Assembly: GCA_039028615.1 (NCBI GenBank)
Contig: JBCCHT010000032.1
Coordinates: forward strand, 1-64,000
Reading direction: 5' to 3'
Source: Myxococcota bacterium
GTDB lineage: Bacteria > Myxococcota_A > Polyangia > Nannocystales > Nannocystaceae
Length of the DNA: 64,000 bases
A program made the position numbers and the translations under genes. Positions within the stretch are counted from its first letter, which is position 1. Each line of letters begins with the position of its first letter. Below the pieces are notes generated by a model, which worked only from the letters and a program-made list of their open reading frames with translations, was not told the DNA's origin and ran no database searches. Positions 18,056-27,863 of the stretch are shown here, one piece after another.

Positions 18056-18088
18056 AATGAAGCGGCGTCCGTGTGGTAGCGTGAGTCG

Positions 18089-18841
18089 ATGCGATGCTCG
18101 ATTGTCTTGCCCTTGTTGTCGACGTTGGCCTGCGGTGACTCGGCGGCACCGACCGATGGTGGCAATGCGGGCAGCAGCGGGAGCGTGGCGACCTCGGACG
18201 CGACGACCGGCGACTCTGCCACGAGCGCGGCGACCCCCGTGGGATCGACCGGCGGGGACACGACGGGGGCCGCCGATTCGGGCTCTACGGGCGCGCCCCC
18301 GCTGGAGACCTGCATGGACGACAGCGACTGCGTGCTCGTCGACAACTGCAACGCATGCGGAGCGAACCTCGGGGGCAACGGAGCGCCGGGCAGCCACGGC
18401 CCCGGAGCGGTGCTCGGCGAGGGTCCGGCGGCCTTCGACATTCCGCCCGCGTGCGAGGTGACCCAGTGCGAGCAGTGGGGCGACCCGACCGCGGAGTGCC
18501 GTTTCGACCAGTGCGTGCTGTCCAAACTGCACTGTGCTCAGCCGGGGTGTGATGGGGTTCCCCCACAATGCGATCCGCCCTTGGTGCCGCTGGTCGACGC
18601 CGCCGCCGACTGCTGGTCGGGCGAGTGCGGCCCCGAGTCGGCCTGCGACTACGTACAGGACTGTCTCGCCTGCGAAGCGGCCGGCCTCCTGTGCGTGCAA
18701 TTCGAAGGGGAGCCCCTACCCACCTGCGAGCAGGCGCCGCCCGATTGCGATGGCTCAGCCGAGTGCGACTGTGCGGGCGCGGCCTTCTGCGGCGAGGCAT
18801 CGTGCACCGTCGACGCCGGGGCGATCGTGTGCGGTGCGTAG
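18089..18841 (+). CDS. Cys-rich lipoprotein
   Basis: Lipobox STLAC, Ser/Thr/Gly linker, then a domain with many Cys residues. Confidence 0.8.
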   Translation: MRCSIVLPLLSTLACGDSAAPTDGGNAGSSGSVATSDATTGDSATSAATPVGSTGGDTTGAADSGSTGAPPLETCMDDSDCVLVDNCNACGANLGGNGAPGSHGPGAVLGEGPAAFDIPPACEVTQCEQWGDPTAECRFDQCVLSKLHCAQPGCDGVPPQCDPPLVPLVDAAADCWSGECGPESACDYVQDCLACEAAGLLCVQFEGEPLPTCEQAPPDCDGSAECDCAGAAFCGEASCTVDAGAIVCGA

Positions 18842-19137
18842 AAGAGCACGCCGACAACGGCCGTATGCGGCACGAAGAAACTCGGTTTCGGTGCACGGGG
18901 GATCGTGCCGCGCGGCCGATGGCGAAGTGCTCGTCGCAGGTGGTCGCGCGCTTTCGTAGGTCGTTGCTCGACACACGCCCGCGGACCCTCGTTCCGTGAC
19001 CTTCGAACTCGACGTGAGGGAGGCCGGACCGCAACGGGCCGATGTTCTGTTCATGGAAACCCTTGGGCTTCGTTGAATTAACGAACGAGGCTTTTCGATC
19101 CACCGTCGCACGAGGCTGATAACATCTACGCCACGCA

Positions 19138-19983
19138 GTGAGTCTCCAAGCGCAGTTGACCAACTGGGGTGCCGGCCTGTTCGAGTTGTCGAGCAGTGAA
19201 GTCGGAGCCGCGATGGCATTCATCGAGGGCTACGAGCAGCTCCTCAAAGCACGGGCCCATCCTTCGTTGCCGATGTTGTCGGAAGAGGATCGGCTGTTGC
19301 TCCTCACCGACATCGCGGTCTTCGTGTGGGTGGACGATGTCTTCGACCGGGCGCAAGAGCGTACTCCGGTGCCGTGGCGCAACCTCATTCCCGGGGCTCC
19401 TGTGCCGAACCGCGAGGCGGTGGTCTTCGACCGCCTGCATACCGCGATGCGGGATCGGGGAGGCAATCCCGAGGCGCTCGAGCTGTGGCTCAGCACGGGG
19501 GTGGCCTTTCTCGAGCTGCAAGAGCGCGACTGGGCGGCTCGCCGCGCGGGCGAGAAGCGGCTGTGGACCTTCCTCGACTACATGCTCGAGGCCGAGGTCA
19601 ACAGCACCATTCAGCACATGCTCTCCACGCTGTCGCTGCTCCACGGGCTCGACATGCACGAGCGCATGGAAGAGGTGGAGTTTCGCAGCTACCTGCGCAA
19701 CATCGGCGTGCTCGCGCGCCTGCTCAACGACCTGGCCAGCGTCGAGCGCGAGCGCAAGGAAGCCGCGCCGCGCAATGTCGTGCTCTTCCTGGAGGGGCAG
19801 CTCGACGGGGCCGGGGCGCGCTCGCTCATCGAGACCCGGGTCAAGACGCATCGCGAGCACTTGGCCCGCGACCGCAGGCAGCTCAACGAAAACGATCCGC
19901 TGGCCGACGCGGGCGCGGTGATGCTCTCGGCCATCGAGCGGATCTACGGCTTGCCCGGCGTTCGCTACGAAGTCGCTCGCTGA
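19138..19983 (+). CDS. Class I terpene synthase
   Basis: DDxxD motif (WVDDVFD), NSE/DTE motif (RLLNDLASVERE) and an RY dyad near the C-terminus. Confidence 0.88.
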   Translation: MSLQAQLTNWGAGLFELSSSEVGAAMAFIEGYEQLLKARAHPSLPMLSEEDRLLLLTDIAVFVWVDDVFDRAQERTPVPWRNLIPGAPVPNREAVVFDRLHTAMRDRGGNPEALELWLSTGVAFLELQERDWAARRAGEKRLWTFLDYMLEAEVNSTIQHMLSTLSLLHGLDMHERMEEVEFRSYLRNIGVLARLLNDLASVERERKEAAPRNVVLFLEGQLDGAGARSLIETRVKTHREHLARDRRQLNENDPLADAGAVMLSAIERIYGLPGVRYEVAR

Positions 19984-20002
19984 GCGGCTCGTCCCGTTTC
20001 GC

Positions 20003-21145
20003 TCAGCGCAACGCCTCGCCCCAGGTGCCCTTGGACACCGGGCCGGTGGGACCGTCCTCGAGGCGGCACACGCCGATGAGATCGGTGATGTCGACGCCGA
20101 GGCCCAGCACCGAGCAATCTTCCGGGTTGCCCCAGCGCACGATGGCGCCGGCCTCGGGAAGCGTGGGGGCGCCCATGCCGGGGTTGGTGAAGTCGTCGCT
20201 CATCCATGCCGGCCAGGGCCGGCCGTCGAGCCCCTCCTGCGCGAAGAAGTCCATGCCGTAGACGGACTCCCAGGTATCCCACGCGAGGTCGGCCGCCGTC
20301 TCGTCGATGAGGTCGACGCACACGATCGTGATGCAGACCCCGAAGAGCGGGTCCTCTTCGCCGATCGACACATAGGCATGGTCGCCGGGCTGAGCCCAGA
20401 AACCATGAGAGCCGTTGGCGGTGTAGACCACGGGGTGGGTGCCGTCGAACAGTTCGACCTCGCCGCTGTCCCAGTCGTAGGCGCCCCCGAAACTATGGGC
20501 GGACAGGTACACCTGACTCGGCTCGTATTCGTCCTCGGCCTTCTCGATGAGGCGCACCGTGATGTGCTCCCAGTCTCCGACGTGGTTTCCCCAGATGGTA
20601 TCGACCACTTCTTTGCCGCGGTTGTACGGCGAGTAGACGAAGTACACGAGGTCGACGATGCCCCCCTTCTTTTCCGCCCAATAGGCGTAGACCGGCGCGG
20701 TCTCGAGGTCGCCCGCAAAGAAGGGGAGGGTGTCGGAAGGCGAGTCGAGCGGCTCGATGGTGCGCACCCAGTGTTCGCCTCCGCTGCCCACGAATCGCTC
20801 CAGAGAGGGGAACGCCCACTCCACCGACGAGGGGAAATAGGCTTCGTCGGCGGTGAACCAGATCCGCGGTGCGTAGGTCTCTAGGAGGGTCTGTCGGGGG
20901 TCTTCGGGCTCGATGCTTCCGCTGTCGCCATCGTCGGTGGTCGAGTCGGCCGGCTTGCCCGATTCGCTCTCGGTACCACTGGTCGGCGGCGGCTCCGTAC
21001 CGGGAGGGCTCGGGTCCGATGGTTTCGTTCCGGTTGAAGCGGTTCCCGTACCGAGGCCCGACGCGTCGCCATCGCCACTGGGTTGTGTAGGGGCGTCGTT
21101 GCACGCAGCGAGCGCGACGGTGAACGCGAGCGGAGCCATGCGCAT
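20003..21145 (-). CDS. Vps62-related (DUF946-like) lipoprotein
   Basis: Lipobox ALAAC, YAPRIWF...EAYFPSSVE, YNRGK, GNHVGDWEHITVR, YLSAHSFG and HPVVYTANGSHG. Confidence 0.82.
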   Translation of the reverse strand: MRMAPLAFTVALAACNDAPTQPSGDGDASGLGTGTASTGTKPSDPSPPGTEPPPTSGTESESGKPADSTTDDGDSGSIEPEDPRQTLLETYAPRIWFTADEAYFPSSVEWAFPSLERFVGSGGEHWVRTIEPLDSPSDTLPFFAGDLETAPVYAYWAEKKGGIVDLVYFVYSPYNRGKEVVDTIWGNHVGDWEHITVRLIEKAEDEYEPSQVYLSAHSFGGAYDWDSGEVELFDGTHPVVYTANGSHGFWAQPGDHAYVSIGEEDPLFGVCITIVCVDLIDETAADLAWDTWESVYGMDFFAQEGLDGRPWPAWMSDDFTNPGMGAPTLPEAGAIVRWGNPEDCSVLGLGVDITDLIGVCRLEDGPTGPVSKGTWGEALR

Positions 21146-21575
21146 GGGGGCAGCATCGCACGAGAGCAGGTCGGCGTTGGTGTAGGCACGGACTCGACGG
21201 AGGTGTCTCTACCGTCTCCGATCTGGTCGGTACTCACACATGTATATCGAAGTAGTCATGAACCGCCTCCTGGGTTCCCCGATGACGATCGGGCAATCAG
21301 GAACACCATTTGAAGGCAGAACGACAAAGCGTAGAACCATATCCGTGCTAGGCTTCCAAGGCTTCGGCAACGTTCCCCCGTCAGTTGTCGGGAAAGCCCG
21401 TCTTTCCTTCGATGACTGAGTTGTCGAAAGCTCGGTCGAGCATCTCCCTCGATCGAAGTCGAACTGGTTTGGTTTTACCACACCTGTGCCCCCGCTTCGT
21501 CACAGCGAGGACGATTGCCACCTCGATGCGGTTGGGCTGCTCTCTACGCGGCAATTCCCCCGGACGACTCTCCCT

Positions 21576-22556
21576 GTGAAATCTCTGTCCCTCGTACTGT
21601 CTGTCAGCTTCTTCTCCGTAGCTCTGAGTGAAACACCTGCCCAAGCCTGTCCGCTAGGCCCTCCCGAAGTCGTCGCTTCGTACGATGCAATGGCTTTGCA
21701 AACGCCAGAGGGAATAGCCACTGACTATTGGGGAAACCGATACGTCAGTCTCGCATTGACCGGCGAGATCAGCCGCATCGATGCCGCTGGCAATGTCGAT
21801 ACACTCGCGAGTCTACCCATTCCCACGCCATTGGAGCCTTGTCATGGCTTCATCGCAATCATGGGTGCAATCACCTATACGCCGTGGGGTCTGTACACAA
21901 ACCTCAATACTTGTGACCTCGACGATCGAGGAGTGTGGTGGATCTCCACGCACAGCGGTCAGAGTGCCCGGGTGGCCGCGCTTCCGGCCGATGCGGTCGC
22001 CAACGGCATCGCCCATCGCTTCGGCAACTTGTACATCTCCGACTCGGCGGTGGGGCGCGTGTGGAGAACCTCTGCATTCGGGGGTGACCCCGAGATCTGG
22101 TTCGAAGACCCCTGGCTCGACCCCGTGCCCAACGACGTCGGCGCGCCGGGCAGCAACGGCATCCAGATCTACGGCAACGAGGTCTATGTCGCGAACTCCT
22201 CGAGCCGAGAGATCATCGCCATCCCCTTCGAGGGGTGGGGCGACGAGGCGGGGGAACCCCGGCTCCACGCCGAGGTCGAGGCCGGCTGCGACGACTTCGC
22301 CTTCGACCTGTTCGGCAACCTCTACTGCACGACCAACCCGTTCAACACGGTGATCCTGGTCTACCCCGATGGAGAGAGCGAGGTCATTCTCGATCTCGAC
22401 GACGGCCTCGATGGCCCGACCGCGGCGACCTTCGGTCGCCTGCACGATCGCTTCAGCCTCTACATCGCCAACGGTGCGTTCCCGTTCTTCCCGAACAACG
22501 GCACCCCGGGACTGCTGCGCTACGACATGCCCGTGCCGGGCTATCCCTTCCGCTAG
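21576..22556 (+). CDS. Secreted SMP-30/gluconolactonase/LRE-type beta-propeller
   Basis: Signal peptide ending AQA, PEGIA, ANGIA, NLYISDS, GSNGIQI, DDFAFDLFGNLY and GPTAATFG. Confidence 0.85.
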   Translation: MKSLSLVLSVSFFSVALSETPAQACPLGPPEVVASYDAMALQTPEGIATDYWGNRYVSLALTGEISRIDAAGNVDTLASLPIPTPLEPCHGFIAIMGAITYTPWGLYTNLNTCDLDDRGVWWISTHSGQSARVAALPADAVANGIAHRFGNLYISDSAVGRVWRTSAFGGDPEIWFEDPWLDPVPNDVGAPGSNGIQIYGNEVYVANSSSREIIAIPFEGWGDEAGEPRLHAEVEAGCDDFAFDLFGNLYCTTNPFNTVILVYPDGESEVILDLDDGLDGPTAATFGRLHDRFSLYIANGAFPFFPNNGTPGLLRYDMPVPGYPFR

Positions 22557-22714
22557 TCCGCGGTTGTTCCGAAGCCTCCGGGCTCGTCCCACGCGACGAG
22601 GCCCGGGAGGCCCCACTGCATGCCCCCGTGGTCGCCATGACCGTCGGGGGCTGCGTCGTGTTACGCGATCTGGCTTCGACGCGAGCGAACCGCGATGTGG
22701 CCGTCGGCCCGGCT

Positions 22715-23761
22715 CTAGCGTTTGCGTTCCAGCTCGCTCACGACCGACGCTACATACTCGGGTCGTGCGGGCTGGGTGAAGTACAAGACGCCCCCCTCGC
22801 GACGTGACACCAGGCCACGGTGTTCGTGGTGTTCGTGATGCTCGTCGTGCCCGTACCCGTGGTGCTCGTGGTGCTCGTCGTGCCCGTATCCGTGGTGTTC
22901 GTGATGTTCGGGCTCGTTCCAGCGCGGGGGAGGCATTGCAGCTCGGTGCCCCCCGCTCTCCGGTCGCGGCAAGCGGGGAGGCGCCGCGGCACGTTGCGGT
23001 CGCTTGGGATAGATGGTGGCGATGAACTCGCGATCCAGCCGGCTGATGTCCGCGCCACCGGGCACGGGCTTGCGGTCCTTCATGATCTGCCCCGGTAGCT
23101 GGTAGGTCATGATCGAGATGTCGTCAGCGTGCGTGGTGCCGATGATCGAGCGCTCTTCCAGCGGCGTGAGCACCTGGGTCCACACGTCGTCGCGGTCCCA
23201 GCCGAACTCCCGCTCGAAGTAGCGGATGGCTTCTTCGGGGTCGATGCGGTCGATGATCTCGCGGCGCATGTGCTCGTGGGGAAACCCGAGGGTGTGTCCG
23301 GTCTCGTGCCGCACTACGCGACGCAGCTCCGACTCGCTGGTCGACAGCGTGAAGCCGTCGAGGTTCATGGTGGGCTGGTCCTTGTGCTCGACGAGGATGT
23401 CGGTGCCCACGAGCGACCAGTGTCCGTCATTGGGGAGGCGTGCGATGCGGACATCGCCGACGTCTCGGGTGTGGACGAAGCGGACGTCGGCCGTGTCTCC
23501 CCACGAGTTCATGTGGGAGAGGATCCGGTTGATGAGCTCGGCCGGGGGGTCGTCGAGGAACTCGACCGTCAGGTGAACCCCTTGTGTATGCCATCGTCGT
23601 CGCTCGACGACCGCGAGCCGGGCGGTGGGGCCGCCCGCGTCGCTGTGGTGTCCGTCGACCGCCTGCTCGTTGTCGGGGCGAGCCTGTCGGGCGCGCTTCC
23701 GAGCGACCCCGCGCAGCTCGGGTCGAAGAAGCCTGGGTGAGCACGGGATGAACGACTGCAT
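22715..23761 (-). CDS. Astacin-like (M12) zinc metallopeptidase with His-rich C-terminal repeats
   Basis: HETGHTLGFPHEH zinc motif and SIMTY Met-turn; no obvious signal peptide. Confidence 0.9.
   Translation of the reverse strand: MQSFIPCSPRLLRPELRGVARKRARQARPDNEQAVDGHHSDAGGPTARLAVVERRRWHTQGVHLTVEFLDDPPAELINRILSHMNSWGDTADVRFVHTRDVGDVRIARLPNDGHWSLVGTDILVEHKDQPTMNLDGFTLSTSESELRRVVRHETGHTLGFPHEHMRREIIDRIDPEEAIRYFEREFGWDRDDVWTQVLTPLEERSIIGTTHADDISIMTYQLPGQIMKDRKPVPGGADISRLDREFIATIYPKRPQRAAAPPRLPRPESGGHRAAMPPPRWNEPEHHEHHGYGHDEHHEHHGYGHDEHHEHHEHRGLVSRREGGVLYFTQPARPEYVASVVSELERKR
22818..22909 (-). repeat. Coding tandem repeat, 33-nt unit (HHEHHGYGHDE x2 plus a partial copy)
   Basis: Visible in both DNA and protein: EHHEHHGYGHDEHHEHHGYGHDEHHEHHEH. 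Confidence 0.9.
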
Positions 23762-23891
23762 CGCACTAGCCAATCACCGCCAGACGCTCCCCAACACCCC
23801 CCGTTCGGGGAGGCCCCGACGCGGTGTCGGGCGGGCGCTTCATTGCTCGCGTCGTGCACTCTCGCGCGTGCGCGAGTGCTAGCGTCGAAGG

Positions 23892-24272
23892 GTGACGCAC
23901 CGCGTGTTGGTCCCGCCGGGGTTCTCGGCTCGGCTCTCGGCCGAAGCACGGGCCGAGCTCGAGCGTCTGCAGGCGGGCCTCGCGGCAGTGGTGAAGGACG
24001 ACACCGGGCCGACGCAGGCCATCGATCCGGTCCAGGCCGCGGCCGACATCGCGGCGTGGTACCTGCGCATGGACACCAGCGCGGGGTCGTCCGAGATGGC
24101 CGAGGTCTCGATCGATGTCGACCTGTGCGCGCATCACATCGCCGAGGCGGCGGAGCACGGGCTGCGGCCCACCGCCAAGGGCATCGCGAAGGTCCGGGAG
24201 CAGTGGCTGTCGAGCGCGCGCTGGCCCTGTTTCCCGGGACAGTCCGAGCCCCCGCTCCTGCGCGGGGGCTGA
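23892..24272 (+). CDS. Hypothetical protein
   Basis: 126-aa ORF with GC-rich codon usage filling the gap between two minus-strand genes. Confidence 0.55.
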   Translation: MTHRVLVPPGFSARLSAEARAELERLQAGLAAVVKDDTGPTQAIDPVQAAADIAAWYLRMDTSAGSSEMAEVSIDVDLCAHHIAEAAEHGLRPTAKGIAKVREQWLSSARWPCFPGQSEPPLLRGG

Positions 24273-24283
24273 GCGCTCGGACT

Positions 24284-24769
24284 CTAGAGGTTGGCGTCCA
24301 CGCAGCCGCCGACCCCGTCGCAGGTCGAGTCCATGGCGTAGCAGCCGAACACCACGTTCGAGCACGCGAGGTTCTTGGTGCCCTCGCAGCCGGCCATGCA
24401 CAGGGTCATGTCGCTCTCGAGCCCGGTGCACTGGGCGTCGCAGTCGTTGCCCGCACACAGTGTGGCAATGTTGGCGCAGGCCGCCGCGCAGTCGATGGTC
24501 GCCGAGTCGAAGGCACAGTCGGTCATCTCGCAGGTCATGACCGCCTGATCGGCCGCGCATCGGCCCATGCCCGCCGCTCCGCTGCTGTCCTCCGCGGCAG
24601 CGTCGGCGGCCGCATCGGCGGCCGCGTCGGAGCCTCCCGAGGTGGCGGGATCGGTGGTGGTCGTGCCCGCGCCGTCGTCCGGGGTGGGCTCGTCATCGTC
24701 ACAGCCGGCCAGCGCGAGGGCGGCGAACAGCATCAGGGGCGACAGGGGGGGCAAACGTCGGGTACGCAT
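24284..24769 (-). CDS. Cys-rich lipoprotein
   Basis: Lipobox LALAGC, low-complexity linker and repeated CxxxC motifs. Confidence 0.8.
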   Translation of the reverse strand: MRTRRLPPLSPLMLFAALALAGCDDDEPTPDDGAGTTTTDPATSGGSDAAADAAADAAAEDSSGAAGMGRCAADQAVMTCEMTDCAFDSATIDCAAACANIATLCAGNDCDAQCTGLESDMTLCMAGCEGTKNLACSNVVFGCYAMDSTCDGVGGCVDANL

Positions 24770-24908
24770 GAGCCCGAGAGCCAAAGCAAGCGCCATGCCG
24801 GCTCGCCGCGCGCTCCCGCACGGTGTTTCGGGTGGTGGCCGGTCAGGTCTGGCGGACCACGAGGGCCCCGAGTCAGGAAATTCTGACTCGAGTTTTTCTG
24901 TGGACCGC

Positions 24909-27863
24909 CTACCAGGAGACGGTGATGGGGAACTCCGAGGTGCCCCACGTCTCGCGGACCCAGGCCTCGGCTTGGCTCCGCAGACCTTCGCTGCCCGGAC
25001 CGGCGCGGTCGAGGGCGACCAGGGCTCGGCGCGCGACTTGGACGGCCTCGGTGTCCTGGGCGTCGGCCTCGAAGAGCGCCCGGGCCAAGGTCAGCGCGGT
25101 CATGCCTCGATCCGCCGGGTCGACGACCGCGGTGCGGCGAATCTCGTCGGCGCGGCGCAGCACCTCGATCGCCGCGGTGGGCTCGCCCCGGGTCAATGCA
25201 CACTCGCCCAGCGACATCAGGGGATAGGCGGCCTCGGTGCTCTGCGGGCCGCGGCTCTTTTCGAAGATCGCCAGCGCACGGCGGAAGTAGGTCTCGGCCT
25301 TGGTGCAGTCGCCCCGCCGCGCCCAAAGGTCGCCGAGGTTCTGCACGCCGATGCCCACCGCCGGGTGGTCGGGCGCCATGGTGGTCACCGCGATCTCGTG
25401 CGCCCGGGTATGCAGGTCCACCGCGGCGGCGAGGTCGTTGCGGTCGGAGACGAGGTTGCCGAGGTTCGTCAGCGGGCTCATCAGGTCGGGATGCATGGGG
25501 CCGAGCTGCTCGGTGAGGATGTCGATGGCGGCTCGCAGATCCCGCTCGGCTTCCTCGACTCGGCCGAGCGGGGCCAGCGAGGTCGCTCGATTGCCTCGGG
25601 CGTTCGCCACCAGCTGGTGATCGTCGCCGAATTTCTCTGTTCGCAGGGCGACCGCCCGATCGAAGAGCGCCACCGCTTCGGCGTGCTCGCCCAGGTTGCG
25701 TCGCTCGAGACCCATGTTCATCACGATGGTGGCCACGTGCGGGTGCGACGCGTCGACCCCGCGCTCGTAGATCTCGAGTGCGCGTTGGCCCAGCTTCAAG
25801 GCGCGCTTCGGGTCGCCCCCCCGACCGGCGATGACGGCTTGGTCGGCGAGGGCATCGGCCACCGCGGGGTGGTCGGGCCCGAACAGCTCGGTGCGCATGG
25901 CCACCGCCCGCTCGACATGGGCGCGCGCCTCGTCGGACTGGCCGCGCTGGTCGACCACCATGCTCAGCTCGGTGAGGATTCCGGCGATGCGCTCGTCGTA
26001 GCCGGCGTGCCCGTCGAAGCGAGCGAGCGCGTCCTCGAGGTGGGACTGCGCCGCCTCGAGCTTCCCCGCACGCCAGGTGACGGTGCCCGAGATCCACGCC
26101 AACTGAGCCCGCAGCTCGTCGTCGTCGGGCAGGTGGGTCGTGGCGGCCTCGGCCAGCACTCGCCAGCGTTCGGCCTCGTCGAAGCCGCGCTGGCGATCGC
26201 CGACGACCCGCAGCAGCTCCATGCTGGCGGTGGCCTGGCGCCGCACCAGGTCGTGCTCGGTGGCAGTAGCGAGCGCGGCCGCATAGTCGGACAGGGCCTC
26301 GTCGTAGCGGGCCGTGGAGTCGCGGACCCGCCCGCGCTCGACGTAGGCATCGGCCAGCGCTCGCGGGTCGTGGCTCTGTCGCCCGGTCGAGACGGCTTGG
26401 TCGGCATGGGTGAGGGCGTCCGCGCTGCGCCCGAGCACCCGCATCGCCGCGCTGCGGGCCACCGCTTCGACCACGTCCGCCGCATGCGTCGAAGAGGGAT
26501 CGGAGGTCGTTGGTTCATCCAGGCAGGCCGCGGGGCGGGGCAGGGCCAGCGCCAGCTCGAGGGCATGGTCGGCGACCCCGGGCTCCTCGCGTGCTCCGCT
26601 GAGCTCGGCCACCGTCACCCGCAGCTGCGTGAGCCGATCGTCGAGACATGCATCGGTGGCGGCGGTGCGGGCCTGCGTGCCGTGGGCCTGTGCCTTGCAG
26701 TGATGGGTGGCGGTCTCGGTCCAGGCCTGGGCAAAGCGATCGAGGTGGGTCAGCACCCGGGGCGCGGTCTCGTCGGCGTGGGGCCGGCCGCTGGCGACCA
26801 TGGCCTCGCTCAGCGGTGCATGTCGTCGCTCGTCCCAGATCTCGGTCAACGCGGCGGTGCGTGGCTCGAGGCAGGCGGTGAGAGGATCGACGCTCTGTGA
26901 ACTCCACCAGGCCGCGCCGCCGAGCAGGAGCACTGCGCCCCCGGCCAGGGCCCATCCCGTGCGGCGGGGGGGAGCGATACCCCGTCGAAGCAGCTCGAGC
27001 ACCTGTGCCATGGAGTCGTGGCGCTCCGTCGGCTTGGCGTGCAGGCCCCGCTCGATCGCGGTGAGCAGCCAGCCGGGCACGCCGCGGCGATCCTCGGGGG
27101 TCTTCAGGCCCGCTTCGATCGACTCGATCAGCTCGAAGACATGGCGGCCGCCGAAGGGGCGCTCGCCGTATAGCGCTTCGTACAGCGAGATGAAGAACGC
27201 GAACTGGTCCGAGGCGGGGGTGGCCCGATCCCCGTGCAGCAGCTCCGGCGCCATGTAGCCTGGAGTGCCCACCGCGCTATGGGTCGACTCGCCCGAGCCG
27301 GTCATGATGGGCAGCTCCGCGCTGCGTTGCTCGTCCGGATCGACGCGGGCCAGGCCGAAGTCCAGCACGACCACCCGCTGGGTCTCGCGCTCCACCATCA
27401 CGTTGGCCGGCTTGAAATCGCGGTGGATGATGCCCGCATCGTGGGCGGCGCACAGGCCCTCGGCCGCCTGGATGAACAGCGAGACGGTCTCTGACCAGGG
27501 GTGCTCATCTTCGATCCACCGCGACAGCGGCACGCCTTGCACGTGCTCCATGGCCACGAACCACTCGGCGCCGAAGCGCCCGACGTCGTGCACCAAGGCC
27601 ACGTTGCGATGCCCGAGCCGAGCCAGCGCCCGACCTTCTCGCTCGAGCCGCGAGTGGGCCTCCTCACCGCGCTCGACCTTCATGATCTTCAGCGCGATGC
27701 TGCGATCGAGCCGAGGGTCGTAGGCGGCATAGACCTCGCTCATGCCCCCGCGGCCGAGGCACTCCAGGACCTGGTAGCGCTCGACCTGCTGCCCGCGGGC
27801 GAGCCTGTCGCCCGAGCGCCGCTGCTGCGTCGGGTCGTCCAGGGTGGCCTCGACCTCAGCCAT
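24909..27863 (-). CDS. Ser/Thr protein kinase with TM helix and TPR repeats
   Basis: LGRGGMSEVY, IALK, HRDFKPANV, DFGLA and GTPGYMAPE; kinesin-light-chain-type TPRs (GPDHPAVA). Confidence 0.96.
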   Translation of the reverse strand: MAEVEATLDDPTQQRRSGDRLARGQQVERYQVLECLGRGGMSEVYAAYDPRLDRSIALKIMKVERGEEAHSRLEREGRALARLGHRNVALVHDVGRFGAEWFVAMEHVQGVPLSRWIEDEHPWSETVSLFIQAAEGLCAAHDAGIIHRDFKPANVMVERETQRVVVLDFGLARVDPDEQRSAELPIMTGSGESTHSAVGTPGYMAPELLHGDRATPASDQFAFFISLYEALYGERPFGGRHVFELIESIEAGLKTPEDRRGVPGWLLTAIERGLHAKPTERHDSMAQVLELLRRGIAPPRRTGWALAGGAVLLLGGAAWWSSQSVDPLTACLEPRTAALTEIWDERRHAPLSEAMVASGRPHADETAPRVLTHLDRFAQAWTETATHHCKAQAHGTQARTAATDACLDDRLTQLRVTVAELSGAREEPGVADHALELALALPRPAACLDEPTTSDPSSTHAADVVEAVARSAAMRVLGRSADALTHADQAVSTGRQSHDPRALADAYVERGRVRDSTARYDEALSDYAAALATATEHDLVRRQATASMELLRVVGDRQRGFDEAERWRVLAEAATTHLPDDDELRAQLAWISGTVTWRAGKLEAAQSHLEDALARFDGHAGYDERIAGILTELSMVVDQRGQSDEARAHVERAVAMRTELFGPDHPAVADALADQAVIAGRGGDPKRALKLGQRALEIYERGVDASHPHVATIVMNMGLERRNLGEHAEAVALFDRAVALRTEKFGDDHQLVANARGNRATSLAPLGRVEEAERDLRAAIDILTEQLGPMHPDLMSPLTNLGNLVSDRNDLAAAVDLHTRAHEIAVTTMAPDHPAVGIGVQNLGDLWARRGDCTKAETYFRRALAIFEKSRGPQSTEAAYPLMSLGECALTRGEPTAAIEVLRRADEIRRTAVVDPADRGMTALTLARALFEADAQDTEAVQVARRALVALDRAGPGSEGLRSQAEAWVRETWGTSEFPITVSW

